DNA of 64,000 nucleotides from a virus (taxonomy: Duplodnaviria; Caudoviricetes). The stretch is from IMG/VR virus record IMGVR_UViG_3300025450_001231; one strand, written 5' to 3'. Shown here piece after piece: positions 1 to 8,541 of the stretch (position 1 is the first letter of the stretch; the number at the start of each line of letters is the position of its first letter). The notes under the pieces were generated by a model. The model had not been told where the DNA came from and did not search any database. It saw only the letters and a list, made by a program, of their open reading frames with translations. The position numbers were made by a program, and so were the translations under genes.

Positions 1-21
1 AAGTTATAATAGCATTGGTCA

Positions 22-354
22 ATGAAGAAGACCAAGGTATCGAAATATATCCACCAACAAGGTAAAAATAAAATGTTTGATAGTATTAAAAGAAAACTTG
101 GCAATTGGTTACTTAGTAGCTCAAAAAATAGCATCGAACTAGAATCTTCAGCGAAATACTCAATTTCTCGTCATGATATTGACGGGCGTATTAGATTTGA
201 ACTTACACCTGCTCGTGGAGGCACTATTGTTAGTATTAGAACTTACGATCATGCTAAAGATGAGCAACACGATGTTCTGCACGTTATCCATGAAAACGAT
301 GATCTCAGTAAAGCGGTTGCAGATTTAGTTAGTTTAGAAATTTTAAGAATGTAA
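22..354 (+). CDS. hypothetical protein
   Basis: 110-aa ORF in the + strand gene run; the start may be the ATG at 73. Confidence 0.7.
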   Translation: MKKTKVSKYIHQQGKNKMFDSIKRKLGNWLLSSSKNSIELESSAKYSISRHDIDGRIRFELTPARGGTIVSIRTYDHAKDEQHDVLHVIHENDDLSKAVADLVSLEILRM

Positions 355-366
355 AAGGAAATCATT

Positions 367-819
367 ATGGTCTTGCTAAAGTTACTCGAAAGATTAGGAC
401 GTAAAAGAATAATTATGGACCGAATTGACGATGAACCTTACTTAGAAAGATATTATGTATTCCTTAAAGAACGCACTTGGTTTCCCTTTAATGTATTTGT
501 GCACAGGTTTCTTAAATCAGATCCTGATGATGTACACGATCATCCTTGGCCTTATGCTACCCTTATCCTTAAAGGCGGCTACTACGAATGGTTGCCACAG
601 TTTAATAATCTTGGACAAAAAATAGGCGAAATAGCAGTATGGCGTGGTCCTGGTAGTTTTAGAATTTGTGGTGCCAAAAGCTATCATCGTATCGAAATTG
701 ACGCCAATGTAGAAACTTGGACATTGTTTATGCCTGGCCCAAAACAACGCGAATGGGGATTCTTAACTCGCAAAGGGTGGATACAACACGAACAATATCT
801 CTCAGCCAGAGCAAAATAA
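367..819 (+). CDS. cupin-fold protein
   Basis: HRFLKSDPDDVHDHPW...GGYYE...YHRIE His-rich cupin-like motifs; AAGGA RBS upstream. Confidence 0.65.
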   Translation: MVLLKLLERLGRKRIIMDRIDDEPYLERYYVFLKERTWFPFNVFVHRFLKSDPDDVHDHPWPYATLILKGGYYEWLPQFNNLGQKIGEIAVWRGPGSFRICGAKSYHRIEIDANVETWTLFMPGPKQREWGFLTRKGWIQHEQYLSARAK

Positions 820-850
820 TATAACCACTATAGCCTGCATAAAAACAAGA

Positions 851-930
851 TAAATACACAAGCGGCCTTTGAGCATCATCCCGCTATACAAATTCTGCTG
901 CCTATGCTACAATTAACATAGGAGAAAAGC
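851..930 (+). promoter_or_regulatory. late promoter plus structured queD leader (candidate preQ1-I-like riboswitch)
   Basis: TAAATA 851-856; stem AGCGG(861-865)/CCGCT(881-885) with loop ending CATC; A-rich tail ATACAAA; hairpin CCTATG(901-906)/CATAGG(917-922) overlapping the AGGAG RBS. Confidence 0.5.
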
Positions 931-1428
931 ATGACACCCGTAACTTACAAATATACCTCAACAAAAGAATATGTGGACGCATTTCCTTGCGCTTACAGAC
1001 AATGGCGTGCAGACAGTCATTGCAATACTATTCACGGATACAGTTTTAGTATGAAATTTTATTTTGGTACTGACCAACTAGATGTTCGCAATTGGGTTGC
1101 CGATTACGGCGGCTTAAAAGAACTAAAGAAAATATTAGAGAGTCAATTTGATCATACGCTGCTAGTAGCAGAAGATGAACCAGAAATGGAAACATACAAG
1201 TTACTAGAATCAAAGGGGTTAGCAAAACTAACTATTTTACCAAAACTTGGTTGCGAGGGACTGGCTGATATGCTTTACAAGTATGTCAACAGTGTTTACA
1301 TTCCTGATATGTGGGGCCCAGGTGAAGCAGAAAGACTTTGGTGCTATAGAGTTGAAGTAAGAGAAACACAAGCTAATATGGCATTCAGAGAAGGTCATAG
1401 AGAATGGAATGAGGATTTATTTGTATGA
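931..1428 (+). CDS. queD: 6-carboxytetrahydropterin synthase (PTPS/QueD family)
   Basis: HCNTIHGYS motif, WVADYGGLKELKKILESQFDHTLL, GCEGLA, VEVRET; queE lies nearby. Confidence 0.85.
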   Translation: MTPVTYKYTSTKEYVDAFPCAYRQWRADSHCNTIHGYSFSMKFYFGTDQLDVRNWVADYGGLKELKKILESQFDHTLLVAEDEPEMETYKLLESKGLAKLTILPKLGCEGLADMLYKYVNSVYIPDMWGPGEAERLWCYRVEVRETQANMAFREGHREWNEDLFV

Positions 1429-1766
1429 TCAAATACCATATTAATAACGTGGGCGGAGAAGTTATCAAAGATAACGAAACTTATACACTCAAAGATAATA
1501 AAACATTAAAAAACCTTGTGTTGAGCTCTACTAATTTACATAGAGGTATGAGTACACGTGGGCATCGTCACCCCGGGCAAGAAGAAATTTATATTTTTGT
1601 TTTGGGACACGGCCAAATGATTGTGGGAGATGAAACAGATGAGCCCTTTAGAGTCAGTGCAGGAGATATTGTACTAATCCCTGACGGGGCATTTCATCGT
1701 GTGATCAACGACGGCGACATCAATTTACTATTCAACTGTGTATTTGATGGTAAAAGAAATCATTAA
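1425..1766 (+). CDS. cupin domain protein
   Basis: GHRHPGQEEIYIFVLGHGQM...GDIVLIPDGAFHRVIN is a classic cupin_2 signature. Confidence 0.85.
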   Translation: MIKYHINNVGGEVIKDNETYTLKDNKTLKNLVLSSTNLHRGMSTRGHRHPGQEEIYIFVLGHGQMIVGDETDEPFRVSAGDIVLIPDGAFHRVINDGDINLLFNCVFDGKRNH

Positions 1767-1926
1767 ACAAGTTTGGCGCCTTTGGGCAAAATCGTTAGGT
1801 GAAAAAGCAGGTGATACGGACAAAGAAGCTGACCGTATTGCTTGCATTCGTACTGCAATTGTGTTATCATATATCATTACAAACTGCTTTATCGTAGCAG
1901 GTGTTATTCGACATTGGAATCAATAA
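1738..1926 (+). CDS. small membrane protein
   Basis: C-terminal hydrophobic helix IRTAIVLSYIITNCFIVAGVI; the start may be at 1746. Confidence 0.6.
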   Translation: MYLMVKEIIKQVWRLWAKSLGEKAGDTDKEADRIACIRTAIVLSYIITNCFIVAGVIRHWNQ

Positions 1927-1927
1927 A

Positions 1928-2287
1928 ATGCTAACTTCAAAATTAAACAATCATATAGAAAAACGTGTTGTTCGAGAATTAGAAAAAAATTTACCAGTAG
2001 CAGTAAACTATTCTTCTACAGACAAAGTAGCCGAAGCATTAATTATACTAGCCGAAGAATGTGCAGAAGTTGTACAGGAAGTCTGCAAGATACAACGATT
2101 TGGTATTGAGTCAACTTCTCATCATACAGGGTTATCGCATAAAGCAACTTTAGCAAAAGAAGTAGCAGATGTATTGGCAATGGTTGATATCCTAGTAGAA
2201 CAAGGTGTAATTACATATAACGAATTAAATCTAGGTAAATTATCAAAAATCGAAAAATTAAAAAAATGGTCAAAGTTATATGAGTAA
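1928..2287 (+). CDS. MazG-like NTP pyrophosphohydrolase
   Basis: ILAEECAEVVQEVCK...LAKEVADVLAM all-alpha NTP-PPase motif; ATG at 1928 preferred over the track start at 1901. Confidence 0.7.
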   Translation: MLTSKLNNHIEKRVVRELEKNLPVAVNYSSTDKVAEALIILAEECAEVVQEVCKIQRFGIESTSHHTGLSHKATLAKEVADVLAMVDILVEQGVITYNELNLGKLSKIEKLKKWSKLYE

Positions 2288-3128
2288 AATTAAAATTTCA
2301 GAATTATTTTATAGTGTGCAGGGAGAAGGTCGCTATATGGGTGTACCATCTATATTTTTGCGTACATTCGGTTGTAACTTCAAATGCGCTGGCTTTGGAA
2401 TGCCAAGAGGAGAACTAAGTAATGAAACAGATGATATTGCAAGTGTTGTGCAAATGTACAACGATTATAAAGAATTGCCTTTGGTTTCTACAGGCTGTGA
2501 TTCTTATGCTAGTTGGGATCCTCGCTTTAAGCATCTCTCTCCTTTACTTTCTACTGATTCAATTGCCAATTCGATTATGGATATACTTCCTTACAAAGAA
2601 TGGCAAGACGAACATCTTGTAATCACTGGCGGCGAGCCATTGCTAGGTTGGCAACGTCAATATCCTGATTTGCTGGATCATCCTAAAATGCATGGACTCA
2701 AAGAGATTACATTTGAAACCAATGGCACTCAAAAGTTAACCCCAGAATTCAAACATTACTTGGATGACTGGACTATTGCCAACTGGGATAGAGAAATCAC
2801 ATTCAGTGTAAGTGCCAAACTTCCTGCCAGTGGAGAATCGTGGGAGGATGCTATTAAGCCCGAAGTTGTATGTGAATATGAACAAGTTGGTACTGCTTAC
2901 CTTAAATTAGTGGTTGCAACTGAACAAGATATCGCTGACGCAGAATGTGCAGTAGGAGCATTTCGTTCAGCAGGATTTAAGGGACACATTTATCTAATGC
3001 CTGTTGGTGGTGTGGAAAGTGTTTATACATTAAACGCAAAGAATGTAGCACTGGCCGCTATGAAGCGTGGATGGCGTTACAGTGATAGATTGCAAGTGCC
3101 ATTGTTTAAGAACGAGTGGGGCACCTGA
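2280..3128 (+). CDS. queE: 7-carboxy-7-deazaguanine synthase (radical SAM, QueE family)
   Basis: SELFYSVQGEGRYMGVPSIFLRTFGCNFKC...GCDS, VITGGEPLL, FETNGT, SVSAKL, RLQV. Confidence 0.9.
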   Translation: MSKIKISELFYSVQGEGRYMGVPSIFLRTFGCNFKCAGFGMPRGELSNETDDIASVVQMYNDYKELPLVSTGCDSYASWDPRFKHLSPLLSTDSIANSIMDILPYKEWQDEHLVITGGEPLLGWQRQYPDLLDHPKMHGLKEITFETNGTQKLTPEFKHYLDDWTIANWDREITFSVSAKLPASGESWEDAIKPEVVCEYEQVGTAYLKLVVATEQDIADAECAVGAFRSAGFKGHIYLMPVGGVESVYTLNAKNVALAAMKRGWRYSDRLQVPLFKNEWGT

Positions 3129-3364
3129 TGATGGGTGTAGGATACCAGAATCAGTGGATTGACGAAGACGATGCTTTTTATCGTAGAGCTGAATGGGAAG
3201 AACGTTTTGCACTAACACCGCAACGTTGCGATTTAAGTCGAAAGCGTATTTGGCTTAAAAAAGGATTTGTTGGTAGTGCTGCTTGGACTGGTCCCGGATC
3301 ACCTATATGGGAATATAGGTGGCACGATGCTAAAGAACATATGATGTGGTTACTAAAAAGATAA
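3128..3364 (+). CDS. hypothetical protein
   Basis: ATG overlaps the queE TGA (TGATG), which indicates translational coupling. Confidence 0.6.
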   Translation: MMGVGYQNQWIDEDDAFYRRAEWEERFALTPQRCDLSRKRIWLKKGFVGSAAWTGPGSPIWEYRWHDAKEHMMWLLKR

Positions 3365-3365
3365 T

Positions 3366-3845
3366 ATGAGTAATGTAAGCAAGGGTAGAGAAAGTTACGA
3401 TATAACTACAGGCAACACCCTTGTTGCTTTTTTTAATCGCAATATCAGCACTTACGGCACTGAAGCCGGCGGTGTTAAGTTTGATCTTGTGCCGGTAACC
3501 AAGCAAAAAGATATAATGCTCAATGTGGCACGTATGCACGCAGAGCAAGAGTATAATCGTATTATGGAACTGGTAGCAGTATTGCAACGACAGGCTGCAG
3601 AAATAAAAGAACGATTGGATTTAACCGACCTAGTTCATTCAGCTAAATATGAATATCAACTAGCACACGGACAAACATATTGGATCGTATACGATCACAA
3701 AAAACAACAAACAATACTATTAAGTACTGGACCAAACGATTGGTCAACTGGTCCAGCACCAGAATGGGAATATCTCAAAGCAGTTAAATGGTTAGGTGAT
3801 CACACGTGGATAGAAGTCAAGGAAGATAATAATGGGAATATTTGA
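3366..3845 (+). CDS. hypothetical protein
   Basis: 159-aa ORF tightly packed in the operon. Confidence 0.75.
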   Translation: MSNVSKGRESYDITTGNTLVAFFNRNISTYGTEAGGVKFDLVPVTKQKDIMLNVARMHAEQEYNRIMELVAVLQRQAAEIKERLDLTDLVHSAKYEYQLAHGQTYWIVYDHKKQQTILLSTGPNDWSTGPAPEWEYLKAVKWLGDHTWIEVKEDNNGNI

Positions 3846-4230
3846 TAAATTTATAAAAAAACCAGAGCCACCTAAGGTAGAAACACCCAAAGTTGTTAAA
3901 CCAAAAGAGCCCAGGCCCAAAAAGAAAACAGAAAAAGAGTTGGCTACTGAGCGTGGTGAACCTTGGGTCAGTGTTGTTCAAGTTGAACTAGACCCTGAAA
4001 ACATTGGTAATGGTGCATTCGAATTAGATTGGAATGAATTCTTTGTGGCTAAATTGATTCGTGCTGGTTACAAAGGACGGGACGACAGCCAAATTGTTGA
4101 CCAATGGTTTCAGGATGTCTGCAGAAATGTCGTTTTGGAAACATTTGAGCAGTATGATGCCAACAACCCAAGACCCCCAAATGGCGTTCAACGCAAAGAT
4201 TTGGGCAACGGTTACTCAGAAGTTTCTTAA
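3832..4230 (+). CDS. hypothetical protein
   Basis: 132-aa ORF; GEPWVSVV...FELDWNEFF motif; overlaps the previous gene. Confidence 0.75.
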   Translation: MGIFDKFIKKPEPPKVETPKVVKPKEPRPKKKTEKELATERGEPWVSVVQVELDPENIGNGAFELDWNEFFVAKLIRAGYKGRDDSQIVDQWFQDVCRNVVLETFEQYDANNPRPPNGVQRKDLGNGYSEVS

Positions 4231-4249
4231 ACTTTTGGTTAACCGACGG

Positions 4250-4278
4250 TTGACCATAAATCTATTATATGCTATTAT
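4250..4278 (+). promoter_or_regulatory. sigma70-like promoter
   Basis: TTGACC(4250)-N17-TGcTATTAT(4273-4278). Confidence 0.6.
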
Positions 4279-4284
4279 AATGAT

Positions 4285-5274
4285 ATGAAATACTTAATCG
4301 TTGATACCGCAAATACATTCTTCCGTGCACGTCACGGCGCCAGCAGACAAAGTGATGCGTGGGACCGTTTGGGTTTTGCCATACACGTTACACTCAGTAG
4401 TGTCAACAAAGCATTTAGAGACCAAAATGCTGATCACGTGGTGTTCTGTTTAGAAGGCCGTTCGTGGCGCAAGGACTATTATGAACCCTACAAGAAAAAC
4501 CGAGCAGTTGCCCGTGCCGCTCAAACAGAAGCCGAGCAAGAAGAAGACAAGCTCTTTTGGGAAACTTTTGACGATCTCAAAGACTTTATCTCAACCAAAA
4601 CAAATTGTACTGTTCTCAGGCACGAAAGACTGGAAGCAGATGACTTGGTGGCAGGATGGATCCAAAGTCACCCTGAGGATCACCACACCATCGTAAGCAG
4701 TGATACAGATTTTTATCAGTTACTGGGTCCTAATGTAAATCAGTACAATGGTATCAGTGACGAGCTACATACCATCGAAGGTATCTTTGATAAAAAAGGC
4801 AAGTTGGTAATTGATAAAAAGACCAAAGAGCCTAAACGCATTCCTGAACCTAAATGGATCTTATTTGAAAAGTGTATGCGTGGCGATCCCACTGACAATA
4901 TCTTTAGTGCATATCCAGGTGTGCGTACTAAAGGTTCTAAGAATAAAGTGGGTCTACAAGAAGCGTATGCAGACAAAGACCGCAAAGGATTTGCGTGGAA
5001 CAATCTAATGTTGCAACGTTGGACCGACCACAATGGCGAAGAACATCGTGTATTGGATGATTACGAACGCAATCGTGTACTAGTAGACTTAACTGCACAA
5101 CCAGATGATGTCAAGGCTGTAATTGCAGAAACTATTGCGGCAGGTAGTGTTAGTAAAAATATTCCAATGGTGGGTGCACATTTCTTAAAATTGTGCGGCA
5201 AATATGATTTGGTGCGGCTAAGTGAACAAGCATCAAGTTATAGTAGTTTTCTATCAAAAAGTTATCCTCAGTGA
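4285..5274 (+). CDS. rnh: RNase H / 5'-3' flap exonuclease (T4 rnh, PolI N-terminal family)
   Basis: YLIVDTAN, SWRKDYYEPYKKNR, LEADDLVA, IVSSDTDFYQL, MRGDPTDNIFSAYPG. Confidence 0.88.
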   Translation: MKYLIVDTANTFFRARHGASRQSDAWDRLGFAIHVTLSSVNKAFRDQNADHVVFCLEGRSWRKDYYEPYKKNRAVARAAQTEAEQEEDKLFWETFDDLKDFISTKTNCTVLRHERLEADDLVAGWIQSHPEDHHTIVSSDTDFYQLLGPNVNQYNGISDELHTIEGIFDKKGKLVIDKKTKEPKRIPEPKWILFEKCMRGDPTDNIFSAYPGVRTKGSKNKVGLQEAYADKDRKGFAWNNLMLQRWTDHNGEEHRVLDDYERNRVLVDLTAQPDDVKAVIAETIAAGSVSKNIPMVGAHFLKLCGKYDLVRLSEQASSYSSFLSKSYPQ

Positions 5275-5329
5275 TACAAGAAAGTAGAACTACGCAAATT
5301 ATGTCATTAAAAAATCAAGGAGAATGAAA

Positions 5330-5539
5330 ATGGCAACAAAGAAAACATCAGTTAATAAAATCAGTGACAAATTAGACAAAGTCAGCGACTCATATACTAT
5401 CAATATGTATGACAATGGCTTTATGTTGGAAATCAGTGGACGCAAAGACGAAGATTGGAAAAATGCCAAGATTATGGTTCAATCAGTTGAACAACTATTC
5501 GAACTAATCAAAGAAGCTGCAGAAATGGAAAGGGATTAA
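5330..5539 (+). CDS. hypothetical protein
   Basis: AGGAG RBS; short acidic ORF; start at 5324 or 5330. Confidence 0.7.
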   Translation: MATKKTSVNKISDKLDKVSDSYTINMYDNGFMLEISGRKDEDWKNAKIMVQSVEQLFELIKEAAEMERD

Positions 5540-5541
5540 TC

Positions 5542-6048
5542 ATGGCTACCTGGAACGTTAGTACATATTACAAGAAATCTTGCGAAGAAGTCGAAACATA
5601 CCATCAACGAGAAGGTGACGGTATTGTAACTATTAGAAATGGTTATCGATATGGTGAGTGGATCGTGGAAACCACAGATGACAATCTGCCTGAATTCAAG
5701 TTTGTAGAAGTTACGGGTGGTGATGGTAAACGGGATAGCATTGATATGCTGGACTGCGAAGTTAACAATATTGAATATGTAGAGCTAGTCGAATTGTTTG
5801 ATGGCGGCTGCTGGTATGATGTGGCTATGGCTAATCTAGACGAAGACGAAGAAGCTGAGCTAGAAGAATTTCTCGACGAGCATAGTGCATACGAGTTAGA
5901 AGAACGCGAAGAAGACAGTTGGAGTCAAGGCGATACACAATGGTGGATTTGGGGACCGATTGCAATTAAAAACGAAGCAGGTGATACAGTTCGTATCATT
6001 TGTGCAGACGATGAAGGTAATGTTGTAGACTTCAAGGAAGAAGAATAA
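5542..6048 (+). CDS. acidic hypothetical protein
   Basis: 168-aa ORF in the operon. Confidence 0.75.
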   Translation: MATWNVSTYYKKSCEEVETYHQREGDGIVTIRNGYRYGEWIVETTDDNLPEFKFVEVTGGDGKRDSIDMLDCEVNNIEYVELVELFDGGCWYDVAMANLDEDEEAELEEFLDEHSAYELEEREEDSWSQGDTQWWIWGPIAIKNEAGDTVRIICADDEGNVVDFKEEE

Positions 6049-6049
6049 T

Positions 6050-6211
6050 ATGGATCAGGATACCAGAATAGAAGTGCTATTGGAATTAGACGAAGAAACG
6101 CAATTTAAGCTAATGAAGTTAGCGCACGAGCAGGATATTACTCTTAATGAGTTCGTCAATTTTTTGCTTAGAAATCATATACAGGAAACAAATGAGTCAA
6201 TTATTAGCTAA
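6050..6211 (+). CDS. small protein, possible ribbon-helix-helix DNA binder (not in the ORF track)
   Basis: Translated by hand: MDQDTRIEVLLELDEETQFKLMKLAHEQDITLNEFVNFLLRNHIQETNESIIS; fills the gap between 6048 and 6192. Confidence 0.6.
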   Translation: MDQDTRIEVLLELDEETQFKLMKLAHEQDITLNEFVNFLLRNHIQETNESIIS

Positions 6212-6671
6212 AAATGTAGTTAAAAATAAGTTTTGGATTGTTGAAAATCAAGGCGAGAAGATTGCCACTATCCAAGCGGTTGAAGATGGTACGTTTGTTT
6301 ACGTCGATACTTCAGACAGAAAAAAGTATCCTAGTATCAAACTGCTATCAAAAGAACATAATATTGTGTTCGACAATACCGTTGTTAAAAAAGAGCGAGT
6401 GGAACAAAAAAACCATACTGTACACGGATTTCCAGTTAAACAGAAACCGTGGAATATTTTATGGGATGTACGACATCATTTCCCTATCTATACTAAAACC
6501 AGTAAAAGCAAAAGTTATTACTGTGCAGGCTATTACTTAATTAAGTTTAACAACGGATGGGTTAAAAGTAATTGCCCTAAGTACATTACCTTAAATCGTT
6601 ATCCGTTCAAAGGTCCGTTTAAGTCAATGGCTCAAGCACAAGAAATGCTCAGAGAATTAGATGGAAAGTAA
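6192..6671 (+). CDS. hypothetical protein
   Basis: ATG at 6192 follows an AGGA RBS and is in frame with track ORF 6147..6671. Confidence 0.75.
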   Translation: MSQLLAKNVVKNKFWIVENQGEKIATIQAVEDGTFVYVDTSDRKKYPSIKLLSKEHNIVFDNTVVKKERVEQKNHTVHGFPVKQKPWNILWDVRHHFPIYTKTSKSKSYYCAGYYLIKFNNGWVKSNCPKYITLNRYPFKGPFKSMAQAQEMLRELDGK

Positions 6672-7233
6672 TTTTATACTGCAATCATACATAAAGGATA
6701 TAACTTTGTGTGATGATATTATCGAGTATTTTGAAGAAAATACTCAGTATCAGTATGACGGATTAATATCAGCAGCCGGCGAGTTCACTAATGTAAACAA
6801 AAAAATAAAAGATTCGACCGATTGTTTGCTTAGTCATAATCAAGATTTATATACAAAATACTGCAACGAATTACAACCCATTATTGAAAAATACGTAGAA
6901 AAATTTCCTTATAGTAATGAATATGCTCCGTGGCGATTAATAGAAGAAATTGTAGTCCAGCGATATTTGCCAGGGCAAGCATTTTATGAATGGCACACTG
7001 AACGCAGCAATTCCAAAATGCCTGCTACTACCAGACATATTGTTTTTATGACATATTTGAATGATGTGTATGACGGGGGCGGTACTGAGTTTTATCATCA
7101 AAATTTAGTAACTCCAGCAAAAAAAGGATCTACTATATTGTGGCCAGCAGATTGGACACATACCCATAGAGGCCAAGTATCGCTTACTGAAACAAAATAT
7201 ATCATAACTGGATGGCTTAACTATGTTGGGTAA
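6661..7233 (+). CDS. 2OG-Fe(II) oxygenase (prolyl-hydroxylase-like)
   Basis: VQRY..GQAFYEWHTE, VFMTYLNDV..GGGTEF, ILWPADWTHTHRG. Confidence 0.85.
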   Translation: MESNFILQSYIKDITLCDDIIEYFEENTQYQYDGLISAAGEFTNVNKKIKDSTDCLLSHNQDLYTKYCNELQPIIEKYVEKFPYSNEYAPWRLIEEIVVQRYLPGQAFYEWHTERSNSKMPATTRHIVFMTYLNDVYDGGGTEFYHQNLVTPAKKGSTILWPADWTHTHRGQVSLTETKYIITGWLNYVG

Positions 7234-7238
7234 CTATT

Positions 7239-7460
7239 ATGGAAAGTAATTTCTCCAATATGCATTTGAAAATGTTTAACGATAAAGTTAAATTAATGAA
7301 TCAAAGCAACAATAAGAACTTGGTACTATCGGCTACAGAAGCACGCAGTTTGCAGGCTGAAATATACGATTTATTGAATTATTGTGCAAATTTAAGCCGG
7401 AAAACTACTACTACAGAAGAAGTAATTAGTGTAGTAATGGACGGTGGTAGTTATAAATAA
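7239..7460 (+). CDS. hypothetical protein
   Basis: 73-aa ORF; its first 14 nt are identical to the start of 6661..7233. Confidence 0.7.
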   Translation: MESNFSNMHLKMFNDKVKLMNQSNNKNLVLSATEARSLQAEIYDLLNYCANLSRKTTTTEEVISVVMDGGSYK

Positions 7461-7502
7461 TCTACGCACTTTTAATGATAAATAATATATCGAAGAAACA
7501 TT

Positions 7503-7790
7503 ATGAGCAGACCTAAACCTAAAGTGTTAGCAGAACACGTCAATAAAATAAACTACAAGAGTGAGCAGATCTTGAGTAGCGAAGGGATTTGGGCTGTGTT
7601 TTATGAAGACCAACCTATCAACTTGAAGAGTCACAATATGTTGGTCAATTACCCCGGACCTAAATATAAAAAGACTAGTTTTAGTAATCCCGGGCACGCA
7701 ATTAATTTGGCTAAAAAGTTAAATGCGTTATTCAAAACAGAATCATTTTCTGTGGTTCTACTTAAAAGTGGTGACAAAATCTTCCCCTAA
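7503..7790 (+). CDS. hypothetical protein
   Basis: MSRPKPKVL...YPGPKYKKTSFSNPGHA; preceded by TAAATA. Confidence 0.75.
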   Translation: MSRPKPKVLAEHVNKINYKSEQILSSEGIWAVFYEDQPINLKSHNMLVNYPGPKYKKTSFSNPGHAINLAKKLNALFKTESFSVVLLKSGDKIFP

Positions 7791-8151
7791 GACTTATAGT
7801 CAAAGTCAATTAACAAAAATATTTGCAGTAACTGCCAATGTGCCAGCTGCTGATCAACTTACATTAAAGTATCGTATTTGGTTTAACCCTACCGAAGATT
7901 CTAGTCTCAGACTGACCTTGGAGGGCTATAGATTTGTTACCAAAGATGTCAAGTTACAAAGTTACACATTCGAATTGGAAGAACCTTTGACCAATCGTAA
8001 CTTACTGCAATTAGAAAGATACTTTCAAAGCGTTTACTATCTTTTTAAGAATACCAAAATTGTAGTATTCGAAGAATCCGAAGCCACTATGCTAGCACTT
8101 CACAGTGGAGATTTGAAAACCTATTTGGAAAACTTGGAATTAGAAAAGTAG
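7771..8151 (+). CDS. hypothetical protein
   Basis: In frame with track ORF 7723..8151; GTG at 7771 is the likely start. Confidence 0.65.
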   Translation: MTKSSPKTYSQSQLTKIFAVTANVPAADQLTLKYRIWFNPTEDSSLRLTLEGYRFVTKDVKLQSYTFELEEPLTNRNLLQLERYFQSVYYLFKNTKIVVFEESEATMLALHSGDLKTYLENLELEK

Positions 8152-8206
8152 TACTAAAGTATTACTTTTATTTGATGCCGCTAAACCCGTTCTTTTTATC
8201 GGGTTA

Positions 8207-8235
8207 TTGACCGAAATACCAAACTTTGCTATAAT
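8207..8235 (+). promoter_or_regulatory. sigma70-like early promoter
   Basis: TTGACC(8207-8212)-N17-TATAAT(8230-8235) with a TG extended -10. Confidence 0.8.
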
Positions 8236-8262
8236 ACATACATAGCAACAAAGGAGTGGTAA

Positions 8263-8532
8263 ATGGATATTAAAGCAGTCAATCGTGAGATTATGAGCGG
8301 CAATCTAACCAATGAAGATTTAGAATCTATCATTTTAGCAATTAAATTTGCCCGTGCTCAAATTGCAACTAGAACCAAACGCTCATTAAGTATCGGAAAT
8401 ACTGTTGTATTCAGATCCACTAAACTTGGCACACACACTGGCCGAGTTGAAAAAATTGCTATCAAATATATCACTATTCGTACTCCGAAAGGATTGTATA
8501 AGGTTCCTGCCAATATGGTAGAAGTAGTTTAA
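8263..8532 (+). CDS. hypothetical protein (possible SH3/Sm-like C-terminal barrel)
   Basis: AAGGAG RBS; GNTVVF...HTGRVEKIAIKYITIRT. Confidence 0.7.
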   Translation: MDIKAVNREIMSGNLTNEDLESIILAIKFARAQIATRTKRSLSIGNTVVFRSTKLGTHTGRVEKIAIKYITIRTPKGLYKVPANMVEVV

Positions 8533-8541
8533 GGAAGCATC

